Assembly: GCA_965208025.1 (NCBI GenBank)
Contig: OZ242302.1
Span: forward strand, 176,696-240,695
Source: Rhodothermales bacterium
GTDB lineage: Bacteria; Bacteroidota; Rhodothermia; Rhodothermales; Bin80
Length of the DNA stretch: 64,000 bases
Direction: 5' to 3'
Shown piece after piece: positions 10,343-21,517 of the stretch. Position 1 is the stretch's first letter; each line of letters begins with the position of its first letter. Both the position numbers and the translations under genes were made by a program. The notes beneath the pieces were generated by a model. That model worked only from the letters and a program-made list of their open reading frames with translations, was not told the DNA's origin and did not search any database.

Positions 10343-12625
10343 ATGGTAAAATTTGATGCTGAGCGTGTCTTATCGGGTCTGAATCCACGCCAAAAAGAAG
10401 CTGTTCAGACGACTCAAGGCCCTGTACTCGTTGTGGCGGGCCCCGGATCAGGGAAAACACGTGTTCTCACATGCAGAATTGCATGGCTACTCGCGACAGA
10501 CACTGCGGCACCGAACCAAGTCCTCGCACTCACCTTTACGAATAAGGCAGCTCGAGAAATGCGAGAGCGAGTTCAGACCCTCCTGCCCCGAGGCGCCTCG
10601 AAAGGGATGTGGGTAGGTACGTTTCATTCACAAATGGTTCGCCTTCTTCGGGTGGAAGCAGAGCACATAGGATTCACATCAGACTTTACCATCTACGATA
10701 CAGACGATGCTGAGCGAATTCTTAGACAACTCATTGATGAAAATAAATATGATCCCAAGAGGATCAAACCCCGAACGGTTCAAGGCTATATCTCAGAGGC
10801 GAAAAATGCCATGCATTCCCTGGATGATATGCAATCACGCGCGAAGTCCAGCCCTGCAAAAGCAGCAGTGAAACTATATGAGCCCTACAACCATGCTCTT
10901 AAGGCGGCCAACGCATTTGACTTTGATGATCTGCTTCTCAAACCCTTGGAACTCTTCAAAAAATATCCAGAGATCCTCCGTAAGTATCAATCCAAGTGGT
11001 CCCATGTTCTCATTGATGAATATCAGGATACGAACCATGTTCAATATCGGTTAGCCTATGCTCTCGCCGCCGCTCATCGTAACCTGTGTGTCGTAGGTGA
11101 TGATGCCCAAAGCATTTATTCTTTTCGAGGCGCTGATATCCAGAATATATTCTCATTTGAACGAGACTTCAAGGAAGCAAAGGTGATTCGCTTAGAGCAG
11201 AATTACCGTTCGACAAGTACGATACTTGATGCCGCCGATTCTGTAATCTTGAATAACAAAGAGCAGATCCAAAAGAAGCTTTGGACACAGAATGAGGTAG
11301 GAGAAAAAGTCAAAGTTATTGAGGCTTTAGAAGATCGGAATGAGGCTTCGGAAGCGGTCAAGATGATCCGTGATAAAAAAGCGAGAAGTGATCTTCGGTA
11401 TGAGGATTTTGCCATCCTCTACAGGACAAATGTTCAGAGTCGTACATTTGAAGATGCCCTACGGAAAGCAGGAATCCCTTACAGAATAATAGGTGGAATA
11501 TCATTCTACCAGCGGAAAGAAATTAAGGACGCAGTGGCATATTTGCGACTTCTGGTTAATCCCGATGATATCGCCAGTTTTCAGCGCATTGTCAATTTTC
11601 CGACCCGAGGGATCGGAATCAAATCTCAACAGGTGATATTGGAATATGCTCGCCAGCCAGAATCCAACCTGGGGCAGACGTTGAAAGAGATTCACAACTT
11701 ACCAATTCCTAAACGTGCAAGGAGTGCACTGAGAGAATTTACCGATCTGATCAAAACGCACACCGAAAATGTAAAGGCAGATATGGATCCGAGTGAGGTT
11801 GCTGCCTCACTCTTTCGCAAATCTGGACTCATGAAGGAAATTGAGTCGGACGACCTGCATAGCGGTCAATACAGGTTGGAGAATATTCAGAATCTCCTGG
11901 TGGCAATTCAGGACTATGCGTCGGAGGATGAATCTCACACCTTGAGTAGCTACTTGCAACGGCTTGCTCTCATCACTGATGCAGATACGGATAACTCCAA
12001 ACAGGACCGCGTAACGCTTATGACACTGCATGCTTCTAAAGGATTGGAGTTTCATGTTGTATTTATTGGTGGATTAGAAGATCAATTATTGCCTCTGATT
12101 CGCGGAGAGAAAATTACTCAAACTCAACTTGAGGAAGAGAGGCGCCTCTTGTATGTTGGGATCACCCGGGCAAAATCATTGTTATTCCTGGGATGGGCGC
12201 GCGCACGTTCAAGATATGGAGGGCCTCCAACCTATCCTGAGCCAAGCCCCTTCTTGGCAGAGATGGACCCTAAAGTGCTCCTTCTTCCTCCCGAGACAAA
12301 GAAAAGACTCAGACGCCCAAACGGATCAAATCATGTGCTCAAGGGGGGCATAGAGGAATCAAAAAAACCTACACAGGCAAAAAAAAGCACTGGCACAACC
12401 CAAGCCCCAAGTCTCTCAACCCAAAGAAAATCTGATCAAGCACCTAAACCAAAGAATCTGTCTAGCTTCAAGATAGGTTCAAAGGTTTTCCATAAGGAGT
12501 ATGGAGATGGAGAGGTCATTCATAAGGAAGGTCAAGGCGATTCCATCGTTGTATCGGTTCTATTCATTGATCATGGTTTGAAGCGTCTTTTTGTTAAATT
12601 TGCCCCCATGGTTGTGATGGGTTGA
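10343..12625 (+). CDS. pcrA: ATP-dependent DNA helicase UvrD/PcrA
   Basis: AGPGSGKT, TFTNKAA, DEYQD, VGDDAQSIYSFRG, LEQNYRS, TLHASKGLEF, EERRLLYVGITRA and a C-terminal Tudor-like domain. Confidence 0.93.
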   Translation: MVKFDAERVLSGLNPRQKEAVQTTQGPVLVVAGPGSGKTRVLTCRIAWLLATDTAAPNQVLALTFTNKAAREMRERVQTLLPRGASKGMWVGTFHSQMVRLLRVEAEHIGFTSDFTIYDTDDAERILRQLIDENKYDPKRIKPRTVQGYISEAKNAMHSLDDMQSRAKSSPAKAAVKLYEPYNHALKAANAFDFDDLLLKPLELFKKYPEILRKYQSKWSHVLIDEYQDTNHVQYRLAYALAAAHRNLCVVGDDAQSIYSFRGADIQNIFSFERDFKEAKVIRLEQNYRSTSTILDAADSVILNNKEQIQKKLWTQNEVGEKVKVIEALEDRNEASEAVKMIRDKKARSDLRYEDFAILYRTNVQSRTFEDALRKAGIPYRIIGGISFYQRKEIKDAVAYLRLLVNPDDIASFQRIVNFPTRGIGIKSQQVILEYARQPESNLGQTLKEIHNLPIPKRARSALREFTDLIKTHTENVKADMDPSEVAASLFRKSGLMKEIESDDLHSGQYRLENIQNLLVAIQDYASEDESHTLSSYLQRLALITDADTDNSKQDRVTLMTLHASKGLEFHVVFIGGLEDQLLPLIRGEKITQTQLEEERRLLYVGITRAKSLLFLGWARARSRYGGPPTYPEPSPFLAEMDPKVLLLPPETKKRLRRPNGSNHVLKGGIEESKKPTQAKKSTGTTQAPSLSTQRKSDQAPKPKNLSSFKIGSKVFHKEYGDGEVIHKEGQGDSIVVSVLFIDHGLKRLFVKFAPMVVMG

Positions 12626-12756
12626 TCAAGTTTCCATTAGTTTACTTTGCCCTAACGTGCGATGATTCTTGATTGATCCATTGAGGAGTGCAGGTTCAGT
12701 TGATCCTAAATTCCTGTTTTTAACCTATCTTCTTTAACTCTCCTAAAATCAACATC

Positions 12757-14730
12757 ATGTCTGATTCTCCTTCTGAACCCAAACATTCACCAGAACTCTA
12801 CTATCCACCCGCTCACATTCGTGGCGAAGCCCATTGCTCCTCTATGGAAGCTTATCTGGCCAAGTATCAAGAGTCGATTGCTGATCCTGATAAATTTTGG
12901 AGTGCAGAAGCTAAGGAGCGGATTGACTGGTTCACGCCGTTTACTCGTGTTCGGACGGTATCCTTCAAGTCTTCCGATGTACACATCCGATGGTTTGAAG
13001 ATGGAGCCCTGAACGCATCCTATAATTGTCTGGATCGCCATCTCCCTACTCGGGGGGATCAGACGGCGCTGATTTGGGAGCCAAACAACCCTGAGGATCC
13101 CTCTCGAGATATTTCTTATCGTGAACTTCATGCAGAGGTGTGCCAACTCAGCAATGTTCTTACTTCTCTGGGGGTCCAGAAGGGTGATCGGGTTACCATA
13201 TATATGCCTATGATTCCAGAGGCTGCAGTGGCTATGTTGGCTTGTAGCCGAATTGGGGCCGTGCATTCCGTTGTTTTCGCCGGATTTTCACCTGAATCGT
13301 TGGCGAATCGGGTGATTGATTGTGATTCAACCTTCATCATTACTGCGGATGAGGGGTTCCGGGGTGGGAAAAGGGTTCCACTCAAAAAAAATGTTGATGA
13401 GGCAATCAAACGCTGTCCTGATGTGGAATCTGTGTTGGTCGTTCAACGAACAGGGGCTGAGATACCTTGGGATGATCGTCGAGATTATTGGTACCATGAG
13501 CATGTTCCCAACGCCAGTACGGAGTACGAACCCCAGTCTATGAATGCTGAAGATCCATTATTTATCCTATATACATCGGGTTCAACGGGAAAGCCCAAGG
13601 GCCTCTTGCACACCACTGGCGGATACTTAGTGTATACATCCATGACACACAAGTTTGTCTTTGACTATCATCACGGAGATATTTTCTGGTGTACGGCAGA
13701 TGTTGGATGGATTACAGGTCATTCCTATATCGTTTATGGGCCTCTGCTGAATGGAGCTACTCAGATATTTTTTGAGGGCATACCGACTTTTCCTGATGCG
13801 TCTCGATTCTGGAAAGTAGTGGACAAATATCAGGTCAATCAATTCTATACTGCTCCGACGGCCATCCGAGCATTGATGAGCCTGGGGGATGCTCATGTAT
13901 TAGGAACGGATCGTTCATCCCTTCGGGTCTTGGGATCCGTTGGAGAGCCAATCAACCCAGAAGCATGGCGATGGTATCATGAAGTGGTTGGGAATGGACA
14001 ATGTCCGATTGTGGACACTTGGTGGCAAACCGAGACAGGTGGAATCTTGATTACTCCCATGCCGGGGGCAACCCCTACCAAACCAGGCTCTGCTACCTTA
14101 CCCTTTTTTGGGATTCAACCGGAGATCTTAGATCATTCAGGGCAACTGCTAAGCGGGGAAGCGGAGGGCATCCTTGCAATACGAGGATCTTGGCCAAGTC
14201 AGGCTCGAACGGTATACAAAGATCATGATCGATTCGTGAGTACCTACTTCTCCGCATTTGAGGGGAAGTATTTTACGGGGGATGGATGCCGTCGTGATTC
14301 GGATGGGTACTACTGGATTACAGGCCGGATTGACGATGTCCTCAATGTAAGTGGTCATCGGATGGGAACTGCCGAAATTGAAAGTGCTTTGGTCTCCCAT
14401 CGGAGTGTTGCTGAGGCAGCGGTCGTCGGGTTTCCTCACGCCATCAAAGGGCAGGGGATCTATGCGTATGTAACATTGAATGCCAACGAGTCCGCCTCGG
14501 ACTCACTTCATTCCGAGTTGGTTTCTCATGTCCGAGAACAGATTGGCCCGATTGCGAAGCCCGACTTTGTGCAGTTTTCTCCTTCATTACCCAAGACCAG
14601 AAGCGGGAAGATTATGCGCCGAATTCTCCGCAAGATAGCAGAAAACAATTTTGACCAACTGGGCGATACCTCTACACTTGCCGATCCTTCTGTTATAGAT
14701 TCATTGATAGAGGAGCGACAGAATCGATAG
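12757..14730 (+). CDS. acs: Acetyl-CoA synthetase
   Basis: [21 protein letters not shown] and [12 protein letters not shown]. Confidence 0.96.
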   Translation: MSDSPSEPKHSPELYYPPAHIRGEAHCSSMEAYLAKYQESIADPDKFWSAEAKERIDWFTPFTRVRTVSFKSSDVHIRWFEDGALNASYNCLDRHLPTRGDQTALIWEPNNPEDPSRDISYRELHAEVCQLSNVLTSLGVQKGDRVTIYMPMIPEAAVAMLACSRIGAVHSVVFAGFSPESLANRVIDCDSTFIITADEGFRGGKRVPLKKNVDEAIKRCPDVESVLVVQRTGAEIPWDDRRDYWYHEHVPNASTEYEPQSMNAEDPLFILYTSGSTGKPKGLLHTTGGYLVYTSMTHKFVFDYHHGDIFWCTADVGWITGHSYIVYGPLLNGATQIFFEGIPTFPDASRFWKVVDKYQVNQFYTAPTAIRALMSLGDAHVLGTDRSSLRVLGSVGEPINPEAWRWYHEVVGNGQCPIVDTWWQTETGGILITPMPGATPTKPGSATLPFFGIQPEILDHSGQLLSGEAEGILAIRGSWPSQARTVYKDHDRFVSTYFSAFEGKYFTGDGCRRDSDGYYWITGRIDDVLNVSGHRMGTAEIESALVSHRSVAEAAVVGFPHAIKGQGIYAYVTLNANESASDSLHSELVSHVREQIGPIAKPDFVQFSPSLPKTRSGKIMRRILRKIAENNFDQLGDTSTLADPSVIDSLIEERQNR

Positions 14731-15649
14731 ATTGGTTCATGGCAATCTGAACTGCTCCTTCGGCGGGAGTAGCATTTGGAAGTGCAAAAACTCCTGCGGG
14801 CCAGATTTTTTTCATGGCTCTGCGAAAAGTGTTGACATAATACTCGTTGTTGCTCAATCCCCCAATGATCGTGTATCTGGGTGTGAGGTTTGGGTACTTC
14901 GCCAATAGCCATTTGGACTGACGCGCAAGTAATTCGGTTTCTTTCTGTACAAGGGAGATTGCAACTGCATCCCCCTGGTTTGCGGCGTTCAGAATCAATG
15001 GGGCAACCCTTGGAAATTCCCAGTCATCTCTTGCCAAGGTAGAGATTAAGGAATATCGATCATGGATGCCGAAAGTGCTATGAACGAGTTTGGTCAGGAT
15101 AGTTTCTGGGCCACCGTCCAGGGCATGAGCTACCGCGGTAAGAGTCCTGCGGCCCATAGAGTATCCACTACCCTCATCTCCAATTAAATACCCCCAGCCT
15201 CCTACATGAGCGGTCTCTGCGAAGCTGATCCCAGTTCGCGCCATGACACCGCTTCCCGTTCCGGCGATAAAAAGGAGTCCGGTTTCACCAGTGAATGCGC
15301 CCTGAAGTGCGATGATTCCGTCATGAGAAATACTCATTTGATAGGGGTGAGTGGCATTCACACGCAGACGAATGTCATGGATGAGCGCTTCTTGTACTCT
15401 AGGAGGGCTGGCGCCTGCAACCCCGGCATGAACCGCACAAAGGGATTTCTCGGGTATTTTTTTCAGCGCATCGTTGATCAGACAGGATAAAACAGTACCG
15501 GTCTGTTTCTTGCCTTGTCGAACCACATTTGCAGGACCGCCGAAAAGCTCAAAATCTGTCTCAACGGACTGAGAGGAGGCATAGAGACGAGTCTGAGTAG
15601 CACCAGCATCTATTCCAAAAAACCAATCATTCAAAATCATATGGTACAA
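14693..15649 (-). CDS. BadF/BadG/BcrA/BcrD-type sugar kinase (N-acetylglucosamine/MurNAc kinase-like)
   Basis: GIDAGATQT phosphate loop, IAGTGS and [13 protein letters not shown]. Confidence 0.85.
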   Translation of the reverse strand: MYHMILNDWFFGIDAGATQTRLYASSQSVETDFELFGGPANVVRQGKKQTGTVLSCLINDALKKIPEKSLCAVHAGVAGASPPRVQEALIHDIRLRVNATHPYQMSISHDGIIALQGAFTGETGLLFIAGTGSGVMARTGISFAETAHVGGWGYLIGDEGSGYSMGRRTLTAVAHALDGGPETILTKLVHSTFGIHDRYSLISTLARDDWEFPRVAPLILNAANQGDAVAISLVQKETELLARQSKWLLAKYPNLTPRYTIIGGLSNNEYYVNTFRRAMKKIWPAGVFALPNATPAEGAVQIAMNQSIDSVAPLSMNL

Positions 15650-17429
15650 GAAGAGTAGTTCTCAAATACTGGGCTGGAAGAGAAAATACAAGGAGACCTC
15701 TGATATCGGAAATATATCTACCCAATGGTTCACGAGGGTTCAAATCACGCCTGCGTATGAAATACTCACCACTTGGTTCAATCCAGGTCCAAAATTCCCA
15801 TGTATTTGGCGCTGTTTCTGCACGCGCACCTCCCCACATCATTGTAGATTCATGTCCAGAGATCGGGGTAATCAGGGATGAACGCTTCCTTGGATGGGTG
15901 AGGCCGTCAAACGTGAAATGGCTCGTATCCGTGTATACTCGTTCCCAAAGCCACTGACTTTGATCCGAACCAAATTTTGTCGTTAGTTCTTGTACGGCTT
16001 TGTACAGTGTCTGATTCCTGTTTTCGTCATTGGAACGCATCAATTCATGAAAAATGGTAGCGCCAATACTCTGGGCTTCAAAGTGGTAATCCCAATTTCT
16101 TAGATAAGTAAGTGCTGATTGCACCAGAGGCGGGGCATCCGTTGGTACTTGTAATGAATCAAGCCAGTTTAGCAGGGTACTCTCGGCCCATAAGCTGTAT
16201 GTATCAGAGGTCCACTCCGAGGGCTGATCCCAATTTTGAGTGGTACTATTGAGATACAATGCGGTATGCTCTATTTGAGGATCATTACCGATTACGATCC
16301 CCTGATCACCAAGGGGGAACTGAAAATTTGGAGTACCCAGTACGCTCCAGAAACTGTCCGATGAAACCAAGATGCCATCGCCTCGCCATAAATGAAAGGT
16401 AGGTGGGGAATTGGAAAGCAACGAAAACCATGCATCAACATCCGTTTTTGGGCTGAGTCCGTTCCAGGACAATTCAGTGGGTGATCCAAGAGTACTGAAT
16501 GTACTGTCTGTCCGCTGGAAAGAAACGATTTCTTCTTGACCCGTCAACGTAAGGCGTCGGATCTGTTGGGGGCTTCGGCGAGCGGTCCCCATCGTTCTGG
16601 GAGAGAATAGGAGAACCGCCCACGCATGAGAATTCGTTTTGCCCGTGGGAAAGAAGGGGGTACCAATGAGGGATGCACCATGTATCACAACTTCATCAGC
16701 TACATGCAAGACAACATCTTGAAACGTGGGAGAAATCCCCTTCCCCTGTACTTGACGTTGGTAGAGCAGGGGGCCGCGAGATGTAGAGATGACCAAAGCA
16801 CTGCTATGTTCAAATCCATTCAGATGAAGAGCAGATTGAAGTATTTTTGAACCGCTACAAATTGGATCTCCAAGGCTGCAAACAGAATCAGGAGCAACAC
16901 TCATCCAGGCGATCAGGCGTTCGATGGCAAGAGAGTGCCAGGGTTGCCAAGGTTCTGGTTCAATTTTTTGTAGGAAAAACTCATGCATGTACTCAACATC
17001 TTCCCATGCGAGTTGGATTCCTTCTCCATGCGCTCGGATCAGATTCGCATTCCGTTCACCTAAGTCATTGTAAATCTGGTAGGCCAACTCGGGCAGACCT
17101 AATTGATGAATCAGCCGGTCTGCTTCAACCACCTCAGTACCGTACCATTCCGATAGCTTACCAAGGGCAGCCTGTCTCCATAGGGCGATGGTCCATCCAC
17201 TCAGTTGTCCTTGTACATACCCAAGTCCAACCAAAGCATCTGAGAAAGAATTTGAGTGGATTTCAGCCGTATTGAATTCTCCCCAGCTAATTTTTACGGG
17301 GGACTCTACTAGATCAACGCTCAATTGGGGCGGTAGACGAGATTGCCAATCATATGCAATTCTCCAGACTCCGCGGATAGCGACAAAGCAAATGATGCTG
17401 ACCAATAGCACAAAACCGACTGTTTTCAT
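15627..17429 (-). CDS. Divergent penicillin acylase (Ntn-hydrolase S45) family protein
   Basis: N-terminal anchor; alpha-chain motifs GLGYVQG...LWRQAALGKLSEWYG and PEPWQPWHSL; LRNWD...GATIF. The canonical GSNNW is not seen. Confidence 0.7.
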   Translation of the reverse strand: MKTVGFVLLVSIICFVAIRGVWRIAYDWQSRLPPQLSVDLVESPVKISWGEFNTAEIHSNSFSDALVGLGYVQGQLSGWTIALWRQAALGKLSEWYGTEVVEADRLIHQLGLPELAYQIYNDLGERNANLIRAHGEGIQLAWEDVEYMHEFFLQKIEPEPWQPWHSLAIERLIAWMSVAPDSVCSLGDPICSGSKILQSALHLNGFEHSSALVISTSRGPLLYQRQVQGKGISPTFQDVVLHVADEVVIHGASLIGTPFFPTGKTNSHAWAVLLFSPRTMGTARRSPQQIRRLTLTGQEEIVSFQRTDSTFSTLGSPTELSWNGLSPKTDVDAWFSLLSNSPPTFHLWRGDGILVSSDSFWSVLGTPNFQFPLGDQGIVIGNDPQIEHTALYLNSTTQNWDQPSEWTSDTYSLWAESTLLNWLDSLQVPTDAPPLVQSALTYLRNWDYHFEAQSIGATIFHELMRSNDENRNQTLYKAVQELTTKFGSDQSQWLWERVYTDTSHFTFDGLTHPRKRSSLITPISGHESTMMWGGARAETAPNTWEFWTWIEPSGEYFIRRRDLNPREPLGRYISDIRGLLVFSLPAQYLRTTLLVPYDFE

Positions 17430-17530
17430 GATAATTTGTGCTTATGACTGAAAATTCGGATCCATTATTCGGCGCAATTGTTGCATAATACTTACCTTAA
17501 CAGATATTTTCCACGAGAAGTAGATTTCTG

Positions 17531-19171
17531 ATGTTCCAGCGTTCAAAAATAGTGTTTGGAGTCTTAGTTCTTGCAACAGGTATTCTGTTGGGCATGCAAC
17601 TGGAATCCGTCCTGTCGGACGACACCAGAGCAGCACTAAAAAAGCTTGAGCATGCCTTCCTGATGATCAATGAACGCTATGTTGAAGATGTAGATTCCGG
17701 AGTTCTTGCAGAACACGCTTTGGAAGGAATGTTGGAAGAATTGGATCCCCATTCTGTCTACATTGATGAGAAGACCATGCGGCGTGTTGAGGAAGATTTT
17801 AGTGGAGGCTTTGAGGGAATTGGGATTTCATTTGAGTTCATTGAAGGATCTGAAGGTCGTGATACGCTCACGGTTCTCAGTGTTATTCCCGAAGGACCTA
17901 GCGAGAAATCGGGACTTCACTCGGGGGATCGGATCATTGAGGTGGATGGACAGAGTACGATTGGCTTTGAGACGGCCGATGTTCAACGCACCTTGAAGGG
18001 GCCTCGCGGCACTTCAGTAGAGATTCTTGTGATTCGACCAGGGTATTCAGACCCAATTAATTTTTCAATCATCAGGGATCGTATTCCATTATATGCTGTG
18101 GATGTGGCTTATATGATTGATGATGTGACCGGCTTCATCAAAGTGAATCGCTTTTCGGGAACGACACACAGTGAGTTTCGTAACGCTGTTGATCGGCTTC
18201 AATCTCAGGGGATGAAGCGCCTGATGTTGGATTTACGCGGAAATTCAGGGGGATACATGGAAATGGCGGTTCAACTCTCAGATGAATTTCTTCCCGATGA
18301 TGCACTGATTGTGTCCCAAAAAGGTCGAATTCGAGATGCCAATCATTCATTCTACGGTACCGCTCGAGGACTTCTCGAGGATGAACCGATCATTGTTTTG
18401 GTGAACGAGGCATCTGCTTCCGCCAGTGAAATTGTTGCTGGTGCACTTCAGGATCATGATCGCGGACTCATTGTTGGTCGAAGAACCTTTGGGAAAGGGC
18501 TTGTGCAACAACAGCACCTCCTTCCAGACGGGAGTGCAATGCGTGTCACCATTGCCCGTTATTATACACCATCCGGACGGTTGATCCAAACTCCTTATGT
18601 GAACGGAGATCGTGAGGACTATTTGAATTCAAAGCGAGAATTGCACTCAAATACTGAATTACTGAGCACGCAGGAAATCATCAATAGTGTTCCAGATTCT
18701 CTTCTTTACGAAACTGCTGGAGGGCGTGTCGTGATCGGTGGCGGAGGAATTCTTCCAGACTTTATCGTGGAAGTTGATACCGCGTCGCAGTTTGTCCGTG
18801 AAGTATTAAGTCAAGACCTTACCAATACATATGCCCGGATGTGGTATGACCGAGAGGGCGAAGAACTTACTGCTGAGTGGAGTGATCATCGGGATGATTT
18901 TTTTGATTCATTTGAGGTGGATGAGCTTGAGTTTCAACGCTTCCTTGATTATGCCCGTGTCAGGGGCGTTCGGATCGGATCGGATGAATCAGACGCATTT
19001 ACTAAAGCGGATGTTGAAGTGGATCGGTCTTATCTTGAAGCTCGAATTAAAGCCAGATTAGCTGTGCGACTGTTTGATCTTGAGGCATTTTATCCTGTAA
19101 TGCACCCAGAAGATCGGACATTACAAGAGGCGCTGAAACTCTGGCCTGAGGCAAAAAAATTAACCGGTTAG
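17531..19171 (+). CDS. Carboxyl-terminal processing protease (S41A)
   Basis: LDPHS, PDZ domain (GIGI), LDLRGNSGG, SASASEIVAGALQD, TFGKG and YYTPSGR. Confidence 0.93.
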   Translation: MFQRSKIVFGVLVLATGILLGMQLESVLSDDTRAALKKLEHAFLMINERYVEDVDSGVLAEHALEGMLEELDPHSVYIDEKTMRRVEEDFSGGFEGIGISFEFIEGSEGRDTLTVLSVIPEGPSEKSGLHSGDRIIEVDGQSTIGFETADVQRTLKGPRGTSVEILVIRPGYSDPINFSIIRDRIPLYAVDVAYMIDDVTGFIKVNRFSGTTHSEFRNAVDRLQSQGMKRLMLDLRGNSGGYMEMAVQLSDEFLPDDALIVSQKGRIRDANHSFYGTARGLLEDEPIIVLVNEASASASEIVAGALQDHDRGLIVGRRTFGKGLVQQQHLLPDGSAMRVTIARYYTPSGRLIQTPYVNGDREDYLNSKRELHSNTELLSTQEIINSVPDSLLYETAGGRVVIGGGGILPDFIVEVDTASQFVREVLSQDLTNTYARMWYDREGEELTAEWSDHRDDFFDSFEVDELEFQRFLDYARVRGVRIGSDESDAFTKADVEVDRSYLEARIKARLAVRLFDLEAFYPVMHPEDRTLQEALKLWPEAKKLTG

Positions 19172-19257
19172 TAAATTAATGCGCATTGTTGTATTGAATT
19201 CTCATTTGAAAACACTAAATTTATATATCTGTTTATCTGTCCAACCGACCAATTCAT

Positions 19258-19286
19258 TTGGAAGAATTGAAATTTGATAGTATATT
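19258..19286 (+). promoter_or_regulatory. Putative sigma70 promoter of exbB-exbD operon
   Basis: TTGGAA-N17-TATATT about 50 bp upstream of the ATG at 19337. TATATT also precedes the 49.3-kb operon and the tRNA cluster. Confidence 0.4.
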
Positions 19287-19336
19287 GGGCAGGTAATGAA
19301 AAATTTTATTCTAAACAATTTATGGGGGATTAGTCC

Positions 19337-20026
19337 ATGAAGCTTTTCGGAATCATCATGCAATCGCAAGATGCAGCTGTTGCAGACGAGGGTATGATCA
19401 ATGTATTGGTGAATTACTTTAATCAGGGCGGTGAGTTTATGTGGCCCGTTCTGATCATTCTGATCATTGGTTTAGCCATAGCCTTTGAGCGTGTGATCCA
19501 GTTAATCTTAGCGGATGTGAATACACGTAAATTTATCATTCAAGTCAAAGAAGCTCTTCACGAAGGTGGTGTATCTGCCGCCGAAGAAGTGTGTGTTGCT
19601 ACACGTGGGCCAGTCGCTTCGGTATTTCAGGCCGGTTTGATGCGCTCTAACGAAGGGATAGAAGCTGTGGAAAAAGCCGTCGTTGCTTATGGCTCTATTG
19701 AAATGAGTTTTCTGGAACGAGGACTCGTTTGGTTGTCACTATTTATCGCCTTGGCTCCGATGTTTGGCTTTTTGGGAACCGTCATTGGTATGGTGGCTGC
19801 CTTTGATGCAATTGAGGCTGCTGGAGATATCTCTCCAAGTTTGGTTGCCCGGGGCATCAAAATTGCACTGCTCACAACGGTATTCGGCTTGATTGTTGCG
19901 ATTATCCTGCAGTTCTTTTACAATTATGCCGTATCTAAAATTGACAGGATTGTCGTGGACATGGAAGAGGCTTCAATAGAGCTCATTGATTCCTTAGTGA
20001 TGAAAGAGTCAGACTCCTCCTCATAA
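19337..20026 (+). CDS. exbB: MotA/TolQ/ExbB proton channel
   Basis: GGEFMWP, APMFGFLGTVIGM and IALLTTVFGL. Confidence 0.9.
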   Translation: MKLFGIIMQSQDAAVADEGMINVLVNYFNQGGEFMWPVLIILIIGLAIAFERVIQLILADVNTRKFIIQVKEALHEGGVSAAEEVCVATRGPVASVFQAGLMRSNEGIEAVEKAVVAYGSIEMSFLERGLVWLSLFIALAPMFGFLGTVIGMVAAFDAIEAAGDISPSLVARGIKIALLTTVFGLIVAIILQFFYNYAVSKIDRIVVDMEEASIELIDSLVMKESDSSS

Positions 20027-20069
20027 GGACGATTGGTGAACAGGATTATCCTCACTTAACAATGATATC

Positions 20070-20333
20070 ATGTTGAACATTGCCTTGTATATTGTTTTTG
20101 GCCTAATTGGTATCGGACTGCTCGTCATGCTTGCATCTGGTATTCGAAGTCTCATGTTTGGCAAGGTGAAGACGCTTTCACTTGCGCTCATGGCTGTTCC
20201 ACCTATCTTATTCTTGATCCTTGGATTCGCATTGCCTACATGGACCGATGCCGGAATCATGACGATCGTGATCTCTCTGGTTCTGACATTAGTTGCTCTA
20301 CTGGTGTCAGGTGTTAAAAATCTTGTTTCCTGA
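20070..20333 (+). CDS. Small 3-TM hypothetical protein of FCB exbB-exbD operons
   Basis: Highly hydrophobic 87-aa ORF in the position between exbB and exbD usual for this group. Confidence 0.7.
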   Translation: MLNIALYIVFGLIGIGLLVMLASGIRSLMFGKVKTLSLALMAVPPILFLILGFALPTWTDAGIMTIVISLVLTLVALLVSGVKNLVS

Positions 20334-20351
20334 CCTTTAACTCCTCGATCA

Positions 20352-20912
20352 ATGAGTATACTTGCAAAGAAAAAGAAGCGTGAAGGAGCTGAGATTCCGA
20401 CGTCCTCTATGGCGGATATTGCTTTTCTGCTTCTGATATTTTTCTTGGTCACAACTACAATTGATGTAGATACCGGGATTGGTATGACCTTGCCTCCAGA
20501 GCCAGATGAAACAACACCACCGCCACCCGTCAGTGACCGCAACATGTTGAAGATCCTGATCAATGCTCAGGGGCAGGTCCTCTTAGAGGATCTTCCTTCT
20601 TCCGTTGGGCAGATTCGAAATGAAGTCCTGACTCATGTTCAGAATAATGGCGTAAATGCTCGCTACTCTGATTCTCCCTCGAAAGCGGTTGTTTCAATCA
20701 AAACAGATCGCCAGACGCCTTACAATTTATATATCCAGACCTTGGATGAGGTTTGGATGGCATACTTTGAAATCTGGGATACCGAAGCACGCTCAATGGG
20801 GTTTGCCAATTACGTTGAGTATCGTTCAGAACTTGAATCAGGCGATGAGAATGAGATTCGCGAGAAATGGCCTGCACAGGTCTCTTTGGCGGAACCCGAT
20901 CCAGGAGAATAA
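20352..20912 (+). CDS. exbD: Biopolymer transport protein ExbD
   Basis: SSMADIAFLLLIFFLVTT TM motif with conserved Asp. Confidence 0.9.
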   Translation: MSILAKKKKREGAEIPTSSMADIAFLLLIFFLVTTTIDVDTGIGMTLPPEPDETTPPPPVSDRNMLKILINAQGQVLLEDLPSSVGQIRNEVLTHVQNNGVNARYSDSPSKAVVSIKTDRQTPYNLYIQTLDEVWMAYFEIWDTEARSMGFANYVEYRSELESGDENEIREKWPAQVSLAEPDPGE

Positions 20913-20926
20913 TATTATAGATCATC

Positions 20927-21379
20927 ATGGCTCACTTTACAAAAAAATCCAAAGCTAAGCCCGAGATATCTACGGCATCTCTACCAGACATTATCTTCAT
21001 GCTTCTCATCTTCTTCATGGTTACGACCGTGTTGCGTGAGCAGGAAGTACAAGTCCGAACCATTTTGCCTGAAGCCGAGGCGCTGACAAAGATTGAACAA
21101 AAGCGGTATGTTTCTTATGTCTGGATGGGCCCCGAGAAACTTCCTGGCAATCGTGTTGGCGAGACCAAAGTCCAGATTGATGATGCTGTCATTGAGGATA
21201 TGGTCAATGTTCGCTCTATCATGTATCGTAAGCTTAGTGAACAGCCGAGATTGATAGTATCACTCCGTGTTGATGAAGAATCGGAGATGGGGGTTGTAAC
21301 TGATGTTCAAGGGGAGCTCCGAAAAGCTGGCACCCTGCGCATCAGCTACTCATCCAGACGGGACATCTCTAATATCTGA
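20927..21379 (+). CDS. exbD: Biopolymer transport protein ExbD (second)
   Basis: ASLPDIIFMLLIFFMVTT motif. Confidence 0.9.
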   Translation: MAHFTKKSKAKPEISTASLPDIIFMLLIFFMVTTVLREQEVQVRTILPEAEALTKIEQKRYVSYVWMGPEKLPGNRVGETKVQIDDAVIEDMVNVRSIMYRKLSEQPRLIVSLRVDEESEMGVVTDVQGELRKAGTLRISYSSRRDISNI

Positions 21380-21383
21380 CGTT

Positions 21384-21454
21384 GACTTGGTGGTGTTTAC
21401 ACGGGTGGATTGGAGTTGAGTTGAATCCGGCCCTGTGTGCATGTGTCACCAGTC
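21384..21454 (+). other. Long imperfect stem-loop after exbD
   Basis: GACTTGGTG pairs with CACCAGTC, and ACACGGGTGGATT pairs with AATCCGGCCCTGTGT, with bulges. Confidence 0.45.
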
Positions 21455-21517
21455 TTCAATTCCTTCGCTCTGGCAGGTAGGTACAGAGTTCCTTAACGAA
21501 CTCCCATTGATTCCAGC

